From NCBI RefSeq assembly GCF_964213995.1, contig NW_027590172.1, positions 744,001-808,000 of the forward strand: a stretch of DNA of 64,000 bases. The letters are read 5' to 3'. A program made the position numbers and the translations under genes. Below the pieces are notes generated by a model. That model did not search any database and was not told the origin of the DNA. It was given only the letters and a program-made list of their open reading frames with translations. Positions 61,130-64,000 of this stretch are shown here, piece by piece. Numbering within the stretch: position 1 is the first letter of the stretch; each line of letters opens with the position of its first letter. Source of the stretch: Mustelus asterias (lineage: Eukaryota).

Positions 61130-64000
61130 CGAAACACAGAAAAACTACAGCACAATACCAGCCCTTCAGCCCACAAAGTTGTGCCGAACATGTCCCTACC
61201 TTAGCGATTACTAGGCTTACCTATAACCCTCTATCTTACTAAGTTCCATGTACTTATCTAAAAGTCTCTTAAAAGACCCAATCGAATCCGCCTCCACCAC
61301 CGTTGCTGGCAGCCCATTCCACGCACCCACCAACCTCTGAGTGAAAAACTTACCCCTGACATCTCCTCTGTACCTACTCCCCAGCACCTTAAACCTGTGT
61401 CCTCTTGTGGCAACCATTTCAGCCCTGGGAAAAAGCCTCTGACTATCCACTCGATCAATACCTCTCAACATCTCATACACCTCTATCAGGTCACCCCTCA
61501 TCCTTCATGTCTCCAAGGAGAAAAGACTGAGCTCACTCAACCTATCCTCATAAGGCATGTCACCTAATCCAGGCAACATCCTTGTAAATCTCCTCTGCAC
61601 CCTTTCTATGATTTCCACATCCTTCTGTAATGAGGCGACCAGAACTGAGCACAGTACCCCAAGTGTGGTCTGACCAGGGTCTTATATAGCTGCAACATTA
61701 TCTCACGACTCCTAAACTCAATTCCTCGATTGATGAAGGCCAGTACACCATCCGCCTTCTTAACCACAGCCTCAACCTGCACAGCTGCTTTGAGCGTCTT
61801 ACGAACTCTGACCCCAAGATCTTTCTGATCTTCCACTCTGCCAAGAGTCCTACCATTAATATTATATTCCGCCATCCTATTTGACCTGCCAAATGAACCA
61901 CCTCACACTTATCTGGGTTGAACTCCATCTGCCACTTCTCCACCCAGTCTTGCATCCTATCAATGTCTCGCTGCACCTTCTGACATCTCTCCACACTATC
62001 CACAACACCTCCAACCTTTGTGTCATCAGCAAACTTGCCAACCCATCCTTTCACTTCCTCATGGAATTGCGGATAGCGAAGAGCATTGTCGGGCAATACA
62101 GCAGGATATAGATAGGCTGGAAAATTGGGCGGAGAGGTGGCAGATGGAATTTAATCCGGATAAATGCGAAGTGATGCATTTTGGAAGAAATAATGTAGGG
62201 AGGAGTTATACAATAAATGGCAGAGTCATCAGGAGTATAGAAACACAGAGGGACCTAGGTGTGCAAGTCCACAAATCCTTGAAGGTGGCAACACAGGTGG
62301 AGAAGGTGGTGAAGAAGGCATATGGTATGCTTGCCTTTATAGGACGGGGTATAGAGTATAAAAGCTGGAGTCTGATGATGCAGCTGTATAGAACGCTGGT
62401 TAGGCCACATTTGGAGTACTGCGTCCAGTTCTGGACGCCGCACTACCAGAAGGACGTGGAGGCATTGGAGAGAGTGCAGAGAAGGTTTACCAGGATGTTG
62501 CCTGGTATGGAGGGTCTTAGCTATGAGGAGAGATTGGGTAGACTGGGGTTGTTCTCCTTGGAAAGACAGAGAATGAGGGGAGATCTAATAGAGGTGTACA
62601 AGATTATGAAGGGTATAGATAGGGTGAACAGTGGGAAGCTTTTTCCCAGGTCGGAGGTGACGATCACGAGGGGTCATGGGCTCAAGCTGAGAGGGGCGAA
62701 GTATAACTCAGACATCAGAGGGACGTTTTTTACACAGAGGGTGGTGGGGGCCTGGAATGCGCTGCCAAGTAGGGTGGTGGAGGCAGGCACGCTGACATCG
62801 TTTAAGACTTACCTGGATAGTCACATGAGCAGCCTGGGAATGGAGGGATACAAACGATTGGTCTAGTTGGACCAAGGAGCAGCACAGGCTTGGAGGGCCG
62901 AAGGGCCTGTTTCCTGTGCTGTACTGTTCTTTGTTCATCCAGGTCATTTATAAAAATCACAAAGAGTAAGGGTCCCAGAACAGATCCCTGGGGCACTCCA
63001 CTGGTGACCGACCTCCATGCAGAATATGACCCGTCTATAACCACTCTTTGCCTTCTGTGGGCAAGCCAGTTCTGGATCCACAAAGCAATGTCCCCTTGGA
63101 TCCCATGCCCCCTCACTTTCTCAATAAGCCTTGCATGGGGCACCTTATCAAGTTTCCAGTTACTGAGAGAGACAAGAGATGAAATTGCTGGGCCTCTCAC
63201 AAAAATCTTTGTTTCTTCATTGGACACAGGTGAGGTCCCAGAGGATTGGAGGATAGCAAATGTGGTCCCGTTATTTAAGAAGGGTAGCAAGGATAACCCG
63301 GGTAATTATAGGCCAGTGAACTTGATGTCCGTGGTAGGGAAATTGTTGGAGAAGATTCTTAGAGATAGGATCTATACACATTTAGAACTGAATAATCTCA
63401 TTAGCGATAGACAACATGGTTTTGTACAAGGGAGGTCATGCCTCATAAATTTGGTTGAGTTTTTTGAGGAGGTGACAAAAATGACTGACGAGGGAAGGGC
63501 CGTGGATGTCGTCGACATGGATTTTAGTAAAGCGTTTGACAACGTCCCTCATGGAAGGCTGGTGCAAAAGGTTAAATCTCATGGGATCAAAGGTGAACCA
63601 GCTAGATGGGTACAGAACTGGCTTAGCCATAGAAGACAGAGGGTAGCAGTGGAGGGGTCTTTTTCTGATTGGAGGTCTGTGACTAGCGGTGTTCTACAGG
63701 GCTCTGTACTGGGACCTCTGCTGTTTGTGATATATATAAATGATTTGGAGGAAGATGTAGCTGGTGTGATCAGTAAGTTTGCGGACGACACAAAGATTGC
63801 TGGAGTTGTGGATTGTGATGAACATTGTCAGAGAATACAGCAGGATATAGATAGGCTGGAAAATTGGGTGGAGAAATGGCAGATGGAATTTAATCCAAAT
63901 AAATGTGAAGTGATGCATTTTGGTAGATCTAATGCAGGGGGGAGCTATACAATAAATGGCAGAACCATCAGGAGTATAGACACACAGAGGGATCTGGGTG
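61130..64000. mobile_element. CR1 cluster: minus copy (61130-62060 + 62935-63153) split by a young plus copy (62062-62935); a further plus RT fragment 63155-64000
   Basis: The minus copy reads ..CTTCCTCAT | TCATCCAGGTC.. across the insertion (shared TCAT); RT motifs throughout. Confidence 0.9.

Overview
This is eukaryotic, repeat-dense vertebrate DNA. The HE1/V-SINE-type SINEs, CR1 LINEs and Penelope-like elements point to an elasmobranch (shark); that assignment is inference. Two kinds of genes are supported. (1) A complete five-exon EMC4 (TMEM85) gene on the minus strand (CDS 10357->4628, 180 aa, all GT-AG introns in frame). It carries several non-conservative changes versus the vertebrate consensus as I recall it. 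(2) A cluster of C2H2 zinc-finger genes with no visible KRAB/SCAN/BTB exon: intact finger exons at 13199-13705(-), 18763-19269(+), 25372-26328(+) and 46498-47124(+), plus pseudogenes near 20.1-20.3 kb (+) and 58.1-58.6 kb (-). Three homologous CpG-island promoter cassettes (about 16, 24 and 36 kb) accompany them, each apparently holding two oppositely oriented, interlocked first exons. The rest is about 20 SINEs, about 20 CR1 fragments (several nested), palindromic Penelope-like insertions carrying hammerhead-ribozyme-like cores with covarying stems, a TSD-flanked solo LTR, a 56-bp hairpin minisatellite, a 4.4-kb (CATTCTCCTA)n satellite that produces the artefactual 1600-aa ORF, and an inverted segmental duplication between about 47-52 kb and about 58-61 kb. 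Repeat boundaries are approximate (read by eye) and no database searches were run.
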